Positions 53,476-64,000 are shown, numbered from the stretch's first letter. The stretch is 64,000 nt of DNA from Cyanobacteria bacterium SIG26 (GCA_015152555.1 SUTS01000010.1:1138-65137), one strand, 5' to 3'. Numbers and translations: made by a program. The notes: a model not told the origin generated them from the letters alone.

Positions 53476-54890
53476 TATTTTATTGTGCTAACCTTATTTG
53501 TGATAACTATATTTCTAACCGGTACATCAATCGGACTTGTTTTAATGATTTCTTTTGTTTCTGTATCAATTACAGAATACAATCCGGAACGAGCATTTGT
53601 AATCATAACAAGATTACTGTTTTCGATTGGTGTAATAGCTGTTGCAAAAGCATTTGTATTCAAGAATAATTTATCAGTGATTACATCATCTTCTGTGTTT
53701 AGGATTTCTACAATGTTTTCTTGAGCTCCTAATATATATAATTCTCCGTTATGTGCGTATAAATCAACCGGTTTTTCACAAACTTCAAGTTCTGATAAGA
53801 AGCCGTTTGTTTCGTAATCTACGATTGCAACTCTATTTTTTGTTCTGCTAATTATATATATTTTACCGTTTTCGTAGGCGATTTTAGATACATTTGGGAA
53901 ACTCCCGATATTTTTTAATAAATAATTATTATCAAGTTCAATTGCCCAAATGTCATTATTATTCCTATCTACGTAAAATAATTTTGTAGCATCAGTTGAT
54001 AATGTGAATTTTTCACATTGACCATTAATTTTTAATCGTTTTTTTAGTGTCATTGTTTCTAAACTGAATATATATATACTTGAATTTGAGCTTGAAGTGA
54101 TATATGCGATCTTGTTATTTTTGTCGATAATAATTTGTTCAGGACAAATTTCAAATCGAACTTCTTTTATAACTTTTTCATCCATTAGAGAAATAATATT
54201 CATAACTTTTGAATCAAAATATGTTACAAGTAAAAATTCATTGTTATAGGCTTTCATATCTTTAATAACAGCGTTTTGTTCAAGTGCATATTCAGGATTT
54301 TTTGCATCTGTATGGATTACTTGGATATTTTTATTTGTACCGCTTGAAATATAAAAAGTTTTGCCGTCAAGAGGTTCTACCGGTGTGGTTGGTTTTTTAC
54401 CTTGATATCTTGAATTATTTATTCTTAAACCTGTTTCTTGAGCTATATCAACGTCTAAGTTACCGATAATACCTTTCAAAGATGTTGGAATTACTAAACC
54501 TTTTGGTAATAAAATATCTTGTGGTAAAAGTCCGGATTGAAGTTCTTCCGGTGGTGCCACCATGTTAATCACGGTTTTTTTACCGTTTGTGTTGATAACT
54601 TTTAATAGTACAAAATTGTTATCCAGAATAATCATATCCGGTTTTTGTTTAAGTGTGGTATTAACAGGGTAACTTGATTTAATATTCAATTCCTCTGATT
54701 CGTTAGTTTTTGCCGGAAAAACCGGTAAATACATCGTTTTATCAGGAAGAATTATTGCTCCGTCAAAACGGAAATTAGTTTCCGGAAAATCTTTGTTAAT
54801 AAAGTCTTGAACGGGTTGTGGAATTTGTTGTGCAATTGAGCTTCCACAAGTCATAATAAATAAGCATATTGCTGTTAATAATTTACGCAT
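53475..54890 (-). CDS. secreted beta-propeller repeat protein (YncE-like), hypothetical
   Basis: Start taken at ATG 54890 (MRKLLTAICLFIMTCGSSIAQ signal peptide), 1 nt after the dnaJ stop. Repeated blade-like segments of ~40 aa. Confidence 0.5.
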   Translation of the reverse strand: MRKLLTAICLFIMTCGSSIAQQIPQPVQDFINKDFPETNFRFDGAIILPDKTMYLPVFPAKTNESEELNIKSSYPVNTTLKQKPDMIILDNNFVLLKVINTNGKKTVINMVAPPEELQSGLLPQDILLPKGLVIPTSLKGIIGNLDVDIAQETGLRINNSRYQGKKPTTPVEPLDGKTFYISSGTNKNIQVIHTDAKNPEYALEQNAVIKDMKAYNNEFLLVTYFDSKVMNIISLMDEKVIKEVRFEICPEQIIIDKNNKIAYITSSSNSSIYIFSLETMTLKKRLKINGQCEKFTLSTDATKLFYVDRNNNDIWAIELDNNYLLKNIGSFPNVSKIAYENGKIYIISRTKNRVAIVDYETNGFLSELEVCEKPVDLYAHNGELYILGAQENIVEILNTEDDVITDKLFLNTNAFATAITPIENSNLVMITNARSGLYSVIDTETKEIIKTSPIDVPVRNIVITNKVSTIK

Positions 54891-54891
54891 A

Positions 54892-56025
54892 TTATTTAAA
54901 TACTCCCTTAACTTTTGACATAATTGATTTTTGAGCTTTTTTACCGCCGTTAATCTCATATAGTCTTGTATATAAGTTTTTTTCTTCTTCTGTTAATTTT
55001 GTCGGAATTTTAATTTTTACAATAACAATATGATCTCCACGTTGTGATGGTTTTGTTAAAATAGGAACACCGGCTCCTTTAATTTTAACAATATTTTCGT
55101 GTTGAATGCCTGCAGGAATTTCGACATCCTTTTCCCCGTCAAGTGTTTTAATTGTTATTATATCTCCTAAAACGGCTTGAGCAGGCGAGATTTCACATTC
55201 CGTAAAGATATTAATGCCATCACGTTTGAAATATTCGGATGGTTCAACGTGAATTACTACAAACAAATCTCCGTTTGGTCCGCCATTTGTACCGCAATCA
55301 CCTTCACCTGATACGCGGATTTTTGACATATTATCAACACCTGCAGGAATTTTTATTTCGATTTTCTTTTCGGCATTGATTAAACCTTGTCCTTGGCAAG
55401 TTTTACAAGGCTTGTCTATTACTTGTCCTGCGCCGTGGCAGTGTGGGCAAGTTGTAATTTGTGCAAAACTTCCTAAAGGTGTTCTTGCTACTGTTTTTAC
55501 TTGACCTGAGCCTCCGCATTGAGGACAAGTTTTCTTTTCAGAACCATTTTCTGCGCCGGTTCCGTTACAATCTTGGCATACTTCTAAATGGTCAAAACAG
55601 ATTTCTTTGTTTATACCAAATGCGGCATCTTCAAATTTTAATTGTAAATCATACCTTAAATCATCGCCACGTTGAGGTGCATTAGGGTCAGGTCTTCCGC
55701 CAAATCCAAATCCTCCGAAACCACCAAATCCGCCGAAAAACGATTCGAAAATATCATTTAAATCTCCAAAACCTCCGGCAAAAGGCCCACCGGTATCAAA
55801 TCCGGCATTTTTCAATCCGTCTTCACCATATCTGTCATAAGTTGCTCTTTTATTATCGTCAGATAATGTTTCATAAGCTTTACCTAATTCTTTGAATTTT
55901 TCCTCAGCATCAGGGGCTTTATTAACATCGGGGTGTAGCTCACGAGCTTTCTTTCTGAAAGCTGATTTTATTTCATCTTTTGAGGCATCTTTTGATACCC
56001 CTAATATATCATAATAGTCTGTCAT
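54892..56025 (-). CDS. dnaJ: molecular chaperone DnaJ
   Basis: 377 aa. J-domain with HPD (ELHPDVN), a G/F-rich linker, and four CxxCxGxG zinc-finger repeats. Confidence 0.95.
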   Translation of the reverse strand: MTDYYDILGVSKDASKDEIKSAFRKKARELHPDVNKAPDAEEKFKELGKAYETLSDDNKRATYDRYGEDGLKNAGFDTGGPFAGGFGDLNDIFESFFGGFGGFGGFGFGGRPDPNAPQRGDDLRYDLQLKFEDAAFGINKEICFDHLEVCQDCNGTGAENGSEKKTCPQCGGSGQVKTVARTPLGSFAQITTCPHCHGAGQVIDKPCKTCQGQGLINAEKKIEIKIPAGVDNMSKIRVSGEGDCGTNGGPNGDLFVVIHVEPSEYFKRDGINIFTECEISPAQAVLGDIITIKTLDGEKDVEIPAGIQHENIVKIKGAGVPILTKPSQRGDHIVIVKIKIPTKLTEEEKNLYTRLYEINGGKKAQKSIMSKVKGVFK

Positions 56026-56055
56026 ATCCTCTTTTTACTTCCTTTTAGTGCTATT

Positions 56056-56628
56056 TTATTCGGCAGTTGCGACATTTACAAGTGTTGGACGCAAGACTTT
56101 TTCTCCCAACTTATAACCCTTTTGTAATTCTGTTATGATAGTATTTTCAGGGTGTTCGCTTGTCGATGTTTGCATTACTGCTTCGTGGAAATTAGGATCG
56201 AATTCTTCTCCAATTGCTTTGATTTCTTCTAAACCTAATTTTGTTAAAGTTTCGCATACTTGTTTGTGAACAAGATTGAAACTCTCTTTAACCTTTTCAC
56301 AGTCTTCAACTTTTTCTAATGCTTTATGACCACGTTCAAAATTGTCAAGAACTTCAAGCATTCCTTTTAGTGCGTTTTCCATACCATATTTGATTAGGTT
56401 TTCGCGTTCTTGTTCTTGGCGTTTTCTGTAATTATCAAAATCTGCTGCAAGTCGAATATACTGTTGGTTTAATTTATCATATTCTTCTTGTAATTTATTG
56501 TTATCTGTTGATTTTTGCTCGGGTTCTTGAGCAATATTTTCTTCAGAAGTATTCCCTTCTGTAATTTTAATTTCTTCGTCTTTTACGATTTCCTCGTTTT
56601 TAAACGGATTTGAATTTTCTTTTGTCAT
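56056..56628 (-). CDS. grpE: nucleotide exchange factor GrpE
   Basis: 190 aa. RLAADFDNYRKR and LPVLDNFERG-like (LEVLDNFERG) motifs. Confidence 0.9.
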   Translation of the reverse strand: MTKENSNPFKNEEIVKDEEIKITEGNTSEENIAQEPEQKSTDNNKLQEEYDKLNQQYIRLAADFDNYRKRQEQERENLIKYGMENALKGMLEVLDNFERGHKALEKVEDCEKVKESFNLVHKQVCETLTKLGLEEIKAIGEEFDPNFHEAVMQTSTSEHPENTIITELQKGYKLGEKVLRPTLVNVATAE

Positions 56629-56718
56629 AAATATTTCCCTTCACAACATAATATAATTATATTATAAAGTATCAAACCGAATTAACAAGTTAAATTTATT
56701 ATTTTTTAATATTTAGGG

Positions 56719-58266
56719 TTATGAATACATTTCTAATTGGCGCAATTTTGTATTAATTTCGTTCATCAAATTAACATTTTCGGTTTGTCTTGCGTGTTTT
56801 TGAGCTTTTGTTAAAAGGGAATAAGCTTTGTTCAAATTATTAAATTCCACCATAATATCAGCGGCAGCAAGGTATGTTTGAGCAGCTTTTATTGGGGATT
56901 CTGCAGTAGTATAATTTTGTGCTGCTTTAGAGTATGATTTTAATGCTTCTTCAGGTTTTTCAAATTTCATATAAGCACTGCCTTGGTTTGAAGCAACAAA
57001 ACCTTTTAATTTGTTGTCATCAGTTTCGTTTGCTATATCTGTGGCGATATCATAATAATTGAAGGCTTCTTTTTCATACATTGCTGAGTAAATGTTTCCT
57101 AATTTGGTAAGTGAAGCGGTTTGAGCAGATAAGTTTTCAGCTTCTCCGGCATGAGAAACCGTGCTGAAATAATGATCCATAGCCGGCGTAATCTGGTTTA
57201 TATCATCATAAATTTGTGCCATCGAATAATGAGCTTTTGTTTTAACATTCTCATCTGTGGAAAGTTTAAGTGATTGGTTATAGCTTTTTAGAGCTTGTGC
57301 TAAAAAGTCGTGATCGTCATAGATTTTTCCTACTTCATAATAGATTTTACCGGAAGTTTCGGTGTCATCAATTTCCATAGCACGATTTAGAGCTTGTTCA
57401 AATGATTTGATTGCTTGTTCGGGGTTGTTTGCATAGGCGAATTTCTTTGCTTGGATAAATAATAATTTGAGTTGTTTATCCTGTGGAATTTTCGTAGATG
57501 TAGTTTGGCCGGCAACACTTATTGGGATTACGTTTGAATCTCCTTGTTTTGCTTGTTGTGGGATTTGTTCGACTTGAGAAGTTTCCGTTAGTTCTTCTTG
57601 ACGTTTTGTTTGGCTTGTTGAGCCATCTGGGAATTTAACCAAAAATCTTTCGTTAATTTCTTCTTCATTATAATGTAAATTGATTCGTTGCAAGAATAAC
57701 GTATCAACCCAATTTTCTACAACTTGAGAGTCTTTGTTTAGTGTTTCTGATATGTGTCTGTCAAGAACAGAAGCTGCACTTTTTAGAGTTGTTTTTACAA
57801 GTTTAGAATCAGCTCCGCCTTTTTTTACTTGTTGTTCAACTGCAGATAAATAACTGTCGACTATTCCGCTTAAATCTTCCGGAGTCCCGATTGCAATTGC
57901 TGTATTTTTAAAATCTTTTAAGATTTGTGCAATATTAATCTTGTTTTGTATTGTTGAAGTTTGTTCATTTTCAGTGATATTTGCGGTTTGGTTTTGAGCT
58001 TGTACAGGGCGGTTTTGTGGGGTTGAAATATTTACATTATTATATGCGTTTTGTGCCGGTATTGAAAATTTTTGTTCATAGGCAGGAGTGTATGTCGGTT
58101 GTTTTTGTTCGACATATTGTAACCCTTTACTTTTTGAATTCTGGCCTGACTCACTTTCTTTTTGGGCGCTATTAGTAGAAGCATCTTGTTCACGGTTTTT
58201 TACAAGACGGCGTTCGTCTTGTTTTACGTAAGGTCGTTGATATATGTTATTTAGACTAAGACTCAT
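56719..58266 (-). CDS. TPR-repeat protein with a Gln/Asn-rich disordered N-terminal third
   Basis: 515 aa. The C-terminal half has TPR-like A/Y-patterned helices (e.g. AIKSFEQALNRA, ALKSYNQSLKL). Confidence 0.6.
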   Translation of the reverse strand: MSLSLNNIYQRPYVKQDERRLVKNREQDASTNSAQKESESGQNSKSKGLQYVEQKQPTYTPAYEQKFSIPAQNAYNNVNISTPQNRPVQAQNQTANITENEQTSTIQNKINIAQILKDFKNTAIAIGTPEDLSGIVDSYLSAVEQQVKKGGADSKLVKTTLKSAASVLDRHISETLNKDSQVVENWVDTLFLQRINLHYNEEEINERFLVKFPDGSTSQTKRQEELTETSQVEQIPQQAKQGDSNVIPISVAGQTTSTKIPQDKQLKLLFIQAKKFAYANNPEQAIKSFEQALNRAMEIDDTETSGKIYYEVGKIYDDHDFLAQALKSYNQSLKLSTDENVKTKAHYSMAQIYDDINQITPAMDHYFSTVSHAGEAENLSAQTASLTKLGNIYSAMYEKEAFNYYDIATDIANETDDNKLKGFVASNQGSAYMKFEKPEEALKSYSKAAQNYTTAESPIKAAQTYLAAADIMVEFNNLNKAYSLLTKAQKHARQTENVNLMNEINTKLRQLEMYS

Positions 58267-58482
58267 GTCTTTTTTTCACCCATGTCTGCTTTCTTACCAT
58301 TATATTTTTAACATAATTTTAGCTTTTGTGACTCATTCTTTTGAACGATTTATGTCATGAATAATTTAAGTTTTTTTCTTTAAATGTCAAGTTCATAAAA
58401 GCTTGTATACAAGTTATTTTTTGTGTTAGAATTTGATTATAAAGTTTAAAAATTTGCTTGTTAGTATGAAGAGGATTTAAAA

Positions 58483-59568
58483 ATGAGTTACCCAAAGGTC
58501 AGTGTGATTGTTCCTATGTATAATGTGGAAGATTATTTAAGGCAAGCTTTGGATAGTCTTGTAAATCAAACACTGAAAGATATTGAAATTATTTGTGTTG
58601 ATGACTGCTCAACTGACGGTTCTGTGGAAATTTTAAATGAGTATGCTAAAAAAGATAGCAGAATTAAAGTACATGTACAAAAAGAAAATCAAGGTCAAGG
58701 TGTAGCAAGAAATATAGCTATTGAAATGGCAACCGGTGAATATATTATGTTTCTTGATCCGGATGATTGGTTTGATACACGAGCGTGCGAAATTGCTTAT
58801 AATCAAATAGAAAAAAATAAAAATGATGTTGTACTTTTTAATTACAGTTCCTATAAAGAAACCGAAATTACAATCATTATTAGAAAATCACAACATTTAA
58901 AAAGCTTTCAAGACTTTCAAGGTAATAGCTTTTGTTTAAAAGATGTTGAGGATTTGAGGTTTCGTGCGGCAACAGTTTGGTGTCAAATATATAATAGAGA
59001 ATTTATAAACAGAATAAATGCCAAATTTTCGAATACAAGAACATGTGAAGATAATCCGTTTTATTTTAATGCTATAGCTAATGCTCGGACTGTTTCAGTT
59101 ATACCGGAAGTATTATATTATTATAGGCTTCGTGTCGGGTCAGGTCAGCCATATTATATTAAACATTGGGAAGATGTGTTTGATAATAAAAATGTTGCTT
59201 ATGAATTTGTCAAAAATTGTGAGTTTAGTGAGCAATTTTTACAAGCTTATATCCCATATTATTGGAATTCACTTGTTAATGGACATATATCAAGGGTTTT
59301 AAAATATGATAAATCTTTGAAAAAAGATATTTATAAAAAGCTTCACGAGTTAGCAGAAAAGTTGAACAAAGAATATCCGATGCGAACTTTGAAAGGAGAA
59401 TTTAACTACATGAATTATAAGGCATTTTTGTATGCAAATAATCCTTTATGTTATAAGTTGATGAGAATACTGTTTAGGATATTCTCGATAGATATGTCGC
59501 GAACTCATGTTGTTTTAAATTTTATGGGGATTAAGTTGAAATTTAAAAGGAGAAGTGTAAATGACTGA
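58483..59568 (+). CDS. family 2 glycosyltransferase
   Basis: 361 aa. VSVIVPMYNVEDYL, CVDDCSTDGS and FLDPDD (DxD) motifs. Confidence 0.85.
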   Translation: MSYPKVSVIVPMYNVEDYLRQALDSLVNQTLKDIEIICVDDCSTDGSVEILNEYAKKDSRIKVHVQKENQGQGVARNIAIEMATGEYIMFLDPDDWFDTRACEIAYNQIEKNKNDVVLFNYSSYKETEITIIIRKSQHLKSFQDFQGNSFCLKDVEDLRFRAATVWCQIYNREFINRINAKFSNTRTCEDNPFYFNAIANARTVSVIPEVLYYYRLRVGSGQPYYIKHWEDVFDNKNVAYEFVKNCEFSEQFLQAYIPYYWNSLVNGHISRVLKYDKSLKKDIYKKLHELAEKLNKEYPMRTLKGEFNYMNYKAFLYANNPLCYKLMRILFRIFSIDMSRTHVVLNFMGIKLKFKRRSVND

Positions 59569-61270
59569 TACATATAATACTGTTCACTATATTATATCAA
59601 TGCTAAAAGCTTACGGTATTAAGAATATTGTGGCAAGTCCCGGGACCCAAAATGCATATTTTAATTCTATCGTTCAAGAGGATTCATTTTTCAAATGTTT
59701 TTCTGTTGTTGATGAGCGAAGTGCAGCTTATGTTGCAACAGGAATTGCTTATGAAACTCAAGAACCGGTTGTTATTACCTGTACCGGAGCCACTGCAAGC
59801 AGGAATTATATGTCAGCATTGACTGAGGCTTATTATAAAAACTTACCGGTAATAGCTTTGACATTCTTTGACGAGGGTACAAACAAATTTGCGTTGTCAC
59901 CTCAATTCGTTGATCGTAGTGTTAGTCAGAATGATATAAAAACTGTTGATGTTGAACTACCTTATGTCGATGGTGGGCTGAAACTTAAAAGTAAATGTTT
60001 GACTTATTTAAATTCTGCATTATTTACTGCGAAATATAAAAAAGAACCTGTTCATATCAATTGTGCGGCTAATATGGATTTTAAAAATACAGTATCTGGC
60101 CTGCCTGAAGATATATGGAGCAGTACAGGTTTAAGTTTGGATTTTGGGGATAAAGCAACTTTATTAAAGGGTAAAAATGTCGCAATTTTTATAGGTTCTC
60201 ATAATAAATTTACAGAAGATGAAAAATGTGCAATTTCTGAATTCGCAAAATCTTGGGATATACCTGTACTTTGTGATCACACATCAAATTACCATGGCGC
60301 AAATAAAATTTTAATCTCGCAAATTGCATATAAAACAAAGGATATAACTACACCGGATTTAATTATAGATATGGGTGGGGTAACAGGTGAATATTCATGT
60401 AGTTTAGTGTTTTCAAAAGTGAAGAAAGTTTGGAGATTAGCTGAAAATGGCAAGTTTGCATGCAGGTCTAATATCCCTGTGGAATATGTATTTTTATGTA
60501 AAGAACAGTATTTCTTTGAATTAATGAAAAATCCATCTTCAGAAAATTCAGGGTATTATACATATTTAAAATCTGTATGTAATAGTAATATTGAAACTGA
60601 TTTACCGTTATCAAACGGTTTGATTTGTCAAAAGTTAGCAAAATATATTCCTCAAAATTCGTCATTACACGTAGCAATTTTGAATTCATTGAGAAATATG
60701 AATTTCTTTGATTTAGATGAGAGTATAAATGTAACATGTAATGTCGGTGGTTTTGGTATTGACGGTGCTGTTTCAACGCTTTTGGGTCAATCTTTAGTTG
60801 ATTCTGAAAGATTGTGCTTTGGTGTCGTTGGAGATTTGGCATTTTTGTATGATATGAATGCTATTGGAAATCGTCACGTTTCAAATAATTTACGTATTAT
60901 TCTTGTTAATAATAGCAGAGGTGAGGAATTTAGGTTAAATCCTGCATTAGAAAAACCATTGGGTGAGAAAAATGATGTTCTAATTGCTGCTGCAGGTCAT
61001 TTTAAAAATGGTGTTAAAGGTTGGGCACAATCTTGTGATTTTAAATATATGAAGGCTAATTCAAAGAGGAGTTTTGAAAAACGCATAAAAGATTTTTGTA
61101 TAACAAAATCAAATAAACCTATTATATTAGAAGTGTATACATCAGATTTGAATGAAAAAATGGCATTGAGTGCTTTAAAAGCCGGTAAACTGGTACTTCC
61201 TGCAAAAAAACAAAAAGTAAAGTTGATAAGTAAGTTGGGGAAATTGGTATGTGGCAAAATAAAAAAATAG
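59561..61270 (+). CDS. thiamine-diphosphate-dependent enzyme (MenD / acetolactate-synthase superfamily)
   Basis: 569 aa. N-terminal PYR domain (VASPGTQNA...DERSAAYVATG...TGATASRNY). C-terminal PP domain with GDLAFLYDMNA...NN (ThDP-Mg motif). Overlaps the GT2 gene by 8 nt. Confidence 0.7.
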   Translation: MTDTYNTVHYIISMLKAYGIKNIVASPGTQNAYFNSIVQEDSFFKCFSVVDERSAAYVATGIAYETQEPVVITCTGATASRNYMSALTEAYYKNLPVIALTFFDEGTNKFALSPQFVDRSVSQNDIKTVDVELPYVDGGLKLKSKCLTYLNSALFTAKYKKEPVHINCAANMDFKNTVSGLPEDIWSSTGLSLDFGDKATLLKGKNVAIFIGSHNKFTEDEKCAISEFAKSWDIPVLCDHTSNYHGANKILISQIAYKTKDITTPDLIIDMGGVTGEYSCSLVFSKVKKVWRLAENGKFACRSNIPVEYVFLCKEQYFFELMKNPSSENSGYYTYLKSVCNSNIETDLPLSNGLICQKLAKYIPQNSSLHVAILNSLRNMNFFDLDESINVTCNVGGFGIDGAVSTLLGQSLVDSERLCFGVVGDLAFLYDMNAIGNRHVSNNLRIILVNNSRGEEFRLNPALEKPLGEKNDVLIAAAGHFKNGVKGWAQSCDFKYMKANSKRSFEKRIKDFCITKSNKPIILEVYTSDLNEKMALSALKAGKLVLPAKKQKVKLISKLGKLVCGKIKK

Positions 61271-62076
61271 ATAGAGAAAAAATAAAAACTTGGTTGGTAA
61301 CAGGTGCATCAAGCGGTATTGGTTATGAATTATGCAAACAACTTCTTGATAGAGGGTATAATGTAGTCGCTCTGTCAAGACGGGTGCCTGAGATTGAGCA
61401 TGAAAATGCATTATGTTTATCATGTGATGTAACTGATTTAGAAAGTGTGAAAAGTGTTATAGAACAAGGTATTTCTAAATTTGGTAAAATTGATGTTCTG
61501 TCAAATAATGCCGGTTTATCATCTTATAAAACTACAGAAGAAGAATCTCCGGAAAAAATGCGTCAAGTTATGGAAACCAATTTTTGGGGTTCATATAATA
61601 CAATTTATGAATTATTGCCTCATTTTAGAGGGAACCACAACGGCACTATCGTGAATATGTCATCAGAATGCGGATTAATTTCTCGTTCATTTGGGGCTGC
61701 ATATTGTTCTTCAAAGCACGCTTTAGAAGGCTTGTCTTCTACATTATGGTTAGAAACAAAAAGATTTTGTAGAGTTTTGACCGTAGAATTGAGTCATTTC
61801 CCGGGAACAGCACTTGGTGTTGGTGAAAAGAAGGGCGGAAGCCAATTTAAAGAGTATCGTGGAATTCCTTGGTTAGCGATAGATATTAAAAACAATCCTA
61901 ATAATAATATTATAAAAGCTGTAAAATTTATTATTGATGAAGTAGAAAAAGAAAAACCTCAACGAAGATTAATGCTTGGAAAAGATATTATTCCAAAAAT
62001 CGCTTATGAGATTAAATTGTTGTTAAAAGATTTAAAATCTTCTAAAAAAAGAGCTTCTGATTGTGCAAAAGTTTGA
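61249..62076 (+). CDS. short-chain dehydrogenase/reductase (SDR)
   Basis: 275 aa. TGASSGIGYE, NNAG and the YCSSK catalytic motif. Overlaps the preceding gene by 22 nt. Confidence 0.8.
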   Translation: MWQNKKIDREKIKTWLVTGASSGIGYELCKQLLDRGYNVVALSRRVPEIEHENALCLSCDVTDLESVKSVIEQGISKFGKIDVLSNNAGLSSYKTTEEESPEKMRQVMETNFWGSYNTIYELLPHFRGNHNGTIVNMSSECGLISRSFGAAYCSSKHALEGLSSTLWLETKRFCRVLTVELSHFPGTALGVGEKKGGSQFKEYRGIPWLAIDIKNNPNNNIIKAVKFIIDEVEKEKPQRRLMLGKDIIPKIAYEIKLLLKDLKSSKKRASDCAKV

Positions 62077-62168
62077 TTATTAATTTTAACAAATGTAAAA
62101 AATTTGACCTGAAATCATGACAAAAGATTTATATTATTTTATTATTTTTTATATGTTTTGGAGGCCAA

Positions 62169-62666
62169 ATGTTAGAACCAATGATTAAAAATAAATCGAA
62201 ATTTGATCTTACTTCAAAGAGTGCTTTTTCCAGTGATAATGATACTTTCACATCACGCTCTTTTTCTGCGTTATTGGCAAAAAATAATGTTCCGATTTCA
62301 CATAAAAGCATCGCGGATAATTATTTGATTGTTAATAAAGTTTTTAAATTTCAGGCATGTTTAAGCAGAATTTCTAATGTTGAAAAAGCATTGTTGGAAA
62401 GATATGATTTTAACACATTAGAATTTACGACAATGAAACAAATGTATGAAGAATTGTCGACATTACAAAAATGGGCTTGTTCTGACGATAAAGAAATGAA
62501 AAATCTTTCTGATAATATTTTGCTTATCAGAGTGAAAGAATTGAAATTTTTGGAAGCCAGCCGTTATGTTTCTGTTTCTAATGAAATTTATACAGGGCAT
62601 ATTGCGCTTTCACAATATTTGAAAGAAATTAGCAAATTTCAATCAGCAAACACTTGCAGAATTTAA
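62169..62666 (+). CDS. hypothetical protein (165 aa)
   Basis: ATG is 5 nt after GGAGG. No recognisable domain. Confidence 0.5.
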   Translation: MLEPMIKNKSKFDLTSKSAFSSDNDTFTSRSFSALLAKNNVPISHKSIADNYLIVNKVFKFQACLSRISNVEKALLERYDFNTLEFTTMKQMYEELSTLQKWACSDDKEMKNLSDNILLIRVKELKFLEASRYVSVSNEIYTGHIALSQYLKEISKFQSANTCRI

Positions 62667-62771
62667 ATAAAACACATACACATACGATACACAAAAAGTC
62701 CGGCTACTGTCGGATTTTTGTTATTAATTTATAAATGTGCAAAATAATTCTTTTTATTGTAAAATTGTTTT

Positions 62772-64000
62772 ATGAATTTTGATAGCCGGATTGACAGTTT
62801 TTTATCACCCGTTGCGAATAAAATTTCGGGGCTGATTTTTTCTCACGTTACGATTAGTGGTGTGCGTGTTGAATTCTTGATTGTTCTGTTGATGGTGGCT
62901 GCGTTGTATTTTACCTTCAGGACAAGATTTATTGGTTTGTGGGGATTTAAACATGCAATAAATTTAATAACAAAAAAGTATAAGCATGAAGATACTATCG
63001 TTAAAAAAAAGCAAGGAGAAGTATCTTCTTTCCAAGCTTTAACAGCTACAATTTCGGCATCTGCGGGGATGGGAAATGTTGTGGGTTCCGCTTTAGCTGT
63101 TTCTGTTGGCGGGCCGGGGGTAATTTTTTGGATGATTATTGCCGGAATTTTTTCTATGGCATTAAAATTTGCTGAAGTTTTATTGGGTATCAAATTCAGA
63201 CAAATTAATAAAGACGGTTCTTCATCAGGTGGTCCGATGTATTATATAATCAATGGTTTGCGCGCATCTTGGATAAAACCGTACACTCCGTATTTAGCAA
63301 AAATTTATGCGGTTTGTTGTGTTTTTGCAATGATTGGTGGGTGGAATTTATTTCAAATCAATGCTATAACAACACAGATTTCTAATGTGACAGGTTTGTT
63401 TACAAATTGTCGTTGGGTATTTGGGTTAATAGTTGCTATTATAACTTATGTTACAGTAATCGGTGGTATTAAATCTATTGGTAAATTTACTTCAAAAGTA
63501 ACGCCTGTAATGTGTACATTGTATGTTTTTTCAGCGTTTGTTATTTGTTTGTTGAATATTCATCATGTTCCTGAAACTATTTGCTTAATAATAAAAGAGG
63601 CATTCAAGCCGACAGCGGTTGGAGGTGGCGTTTTTGCATGTATGTTATGGGGATTTAGACGTGCTATGTTTGCAAATGAAGCGGGTCTTGGTACTGCACC
63701 GATTGCCTTTTCTGCCGTAAAAACAAGTAAACCTGTTGCGCAGGCCTTTATAGCTATGTTACAACCGTTTGTGGATACAGTAATTGTAGGTGCTGCAACG
63801 GCATTTATTATTGTTGTTACAGGGGCATATCTTGATACAAATGGAATTGTCGGGATTGAATTAACATCTAAAGCGTTTGAAACAGTTTGTCCGTTTTTCC
63901 CTATATTATTGACATTTATGGCAAGTTGTTTTGTTTTATCTACAATGTTGTGCGGATCATATTATGGTACTAAAAGTTGGACTTTTTTATTTGGGGAATC
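62772..64000 (+). CDS. sodium:alanine symporter (AGCS) family amino-acid carrier, 3'-truncated by the window end
   Basis: Not in the ORF track because it is open to the end. From ATG 62772: MNFDSRIDSFLSPVANKISG...FQALTATISASAGMGNVVGSALAVSVGGPGVIFWM matches the AGCS signature (GxGNxxGVAxAxxxGGPGAxFWMW). Confidence 0.75.
   Translation, partial: MNFDSRIDSFLSPVANKISGLIFSHVTISGVRVEFLIVLLMVAALYFTFRTRFIGLWGFKHAINLITKKYKHEDTIVKKKQGEVSSFQALTATISASAGMGNVVGSALAVSVGGPGVIFWMIIAGIFSMALKFAEVLLGIKFRQINKDGSSSGGPMYYIINGLRASWIKPYTPYLAKIYAVCCVFAMIGGWNLFQINAITTQISNVTGLFTNCRWVFGLIVAIITYVTVIGGIKSIGKFTSKVTPVMCTLYVFSAFVICLLNIHHVPETICLIIKEAFKPTAVGGGVFACMLWGFRRAMFANEAGLGTAPIAFSAVKTSKPVAQAFIAMLQPFVDTVIVGAATAFIIVVTGAYLDTNGIVGIELTSKAFETVCPFFPILLTFMASCFVLSTMLCGSYYGTKSWTFLFGE

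Noticed and set aside
53208-53669. 153-aa plus-strand ORF spanning the methyltransferase/beta-propeller junction
   Set aside because: It is antisense to two well-supported minus-strand genes. It has a Cys/Phe/Leu-rich junk-like translation and no RBS.
56629-56718. CIRCE/HrcA operator upstream of grpE-dnaJ
   Set aside because: No TTAGCACTC-N9-GAGTGCTAA-like inverted repeat is present. Only an AT-rich spacer is there. dnaK is also absent from the operon.
62843-63193. 116-aa minus-strand ORF
   Set aside because: It lies antisense within the AGCS carrier gene. That gene's plus-strand translation shows the family signature and stays open to the window end.

Overview
AT-rich (roughly one-third GC) chromosomal segment using the standard code. 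TAA, TAG and TGA all act as stops. The organism is diderm: an LptB plus LptF/G pair, a TolC-like outer membrane factor and many prepilin-type proteins are present. The style resembles uncultured Melainabacteria/Gastranaerophilales or Elusimicrobia-like genomes, but that placement is only a guess. About two thirds of the window is housekeeping. This includes thrC (partial), PPi-phosphofructokinase, a stand-alone tRNA-Ile(GAU), lptB-lptF/G, recJ, murA, tpiA and manC. It also includes yceD-rpmF-plsX-fabH and fabD-fabG-acpP-fabF, speE, grpE-dnaJ, and an AGCS amino-acid carrier that runs off the 3' end. No transposase, integrase, CRISPR array or rRNA was found. Four accessory regions stand out. (1) 17.5-22.3 kb holds two calpain-like cysteine proteases flanking two paralogous stand-alone EF-hand proteins. 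(2) 24.1-26.6 kb is a repeat-dense, locally GC-rich non-coding tract around an XRE regulator and an orphan prepilin gene. It is built from 51-53 bp units anchored on GGGGGTAAAT. (3) 35.9-39.4 kb holds a lipase-like and an M15-peptidase-like protein that share a nearly nucleotide-identical C-terminal tail. The tail contains 51-bp in-frame tandem repeats, one with an in-frame TAG, and the locus has a duplicated consensus promoter/leader cassette and candidate immunity genes. (4) 48.6-50.8 kb holds a third protein carrying the same short tail motif, followed by small membrane proteins, one apparently frameshifted. Four prepilin-type paralogues bracket a MarR-EmrAB-TolC efflux module.
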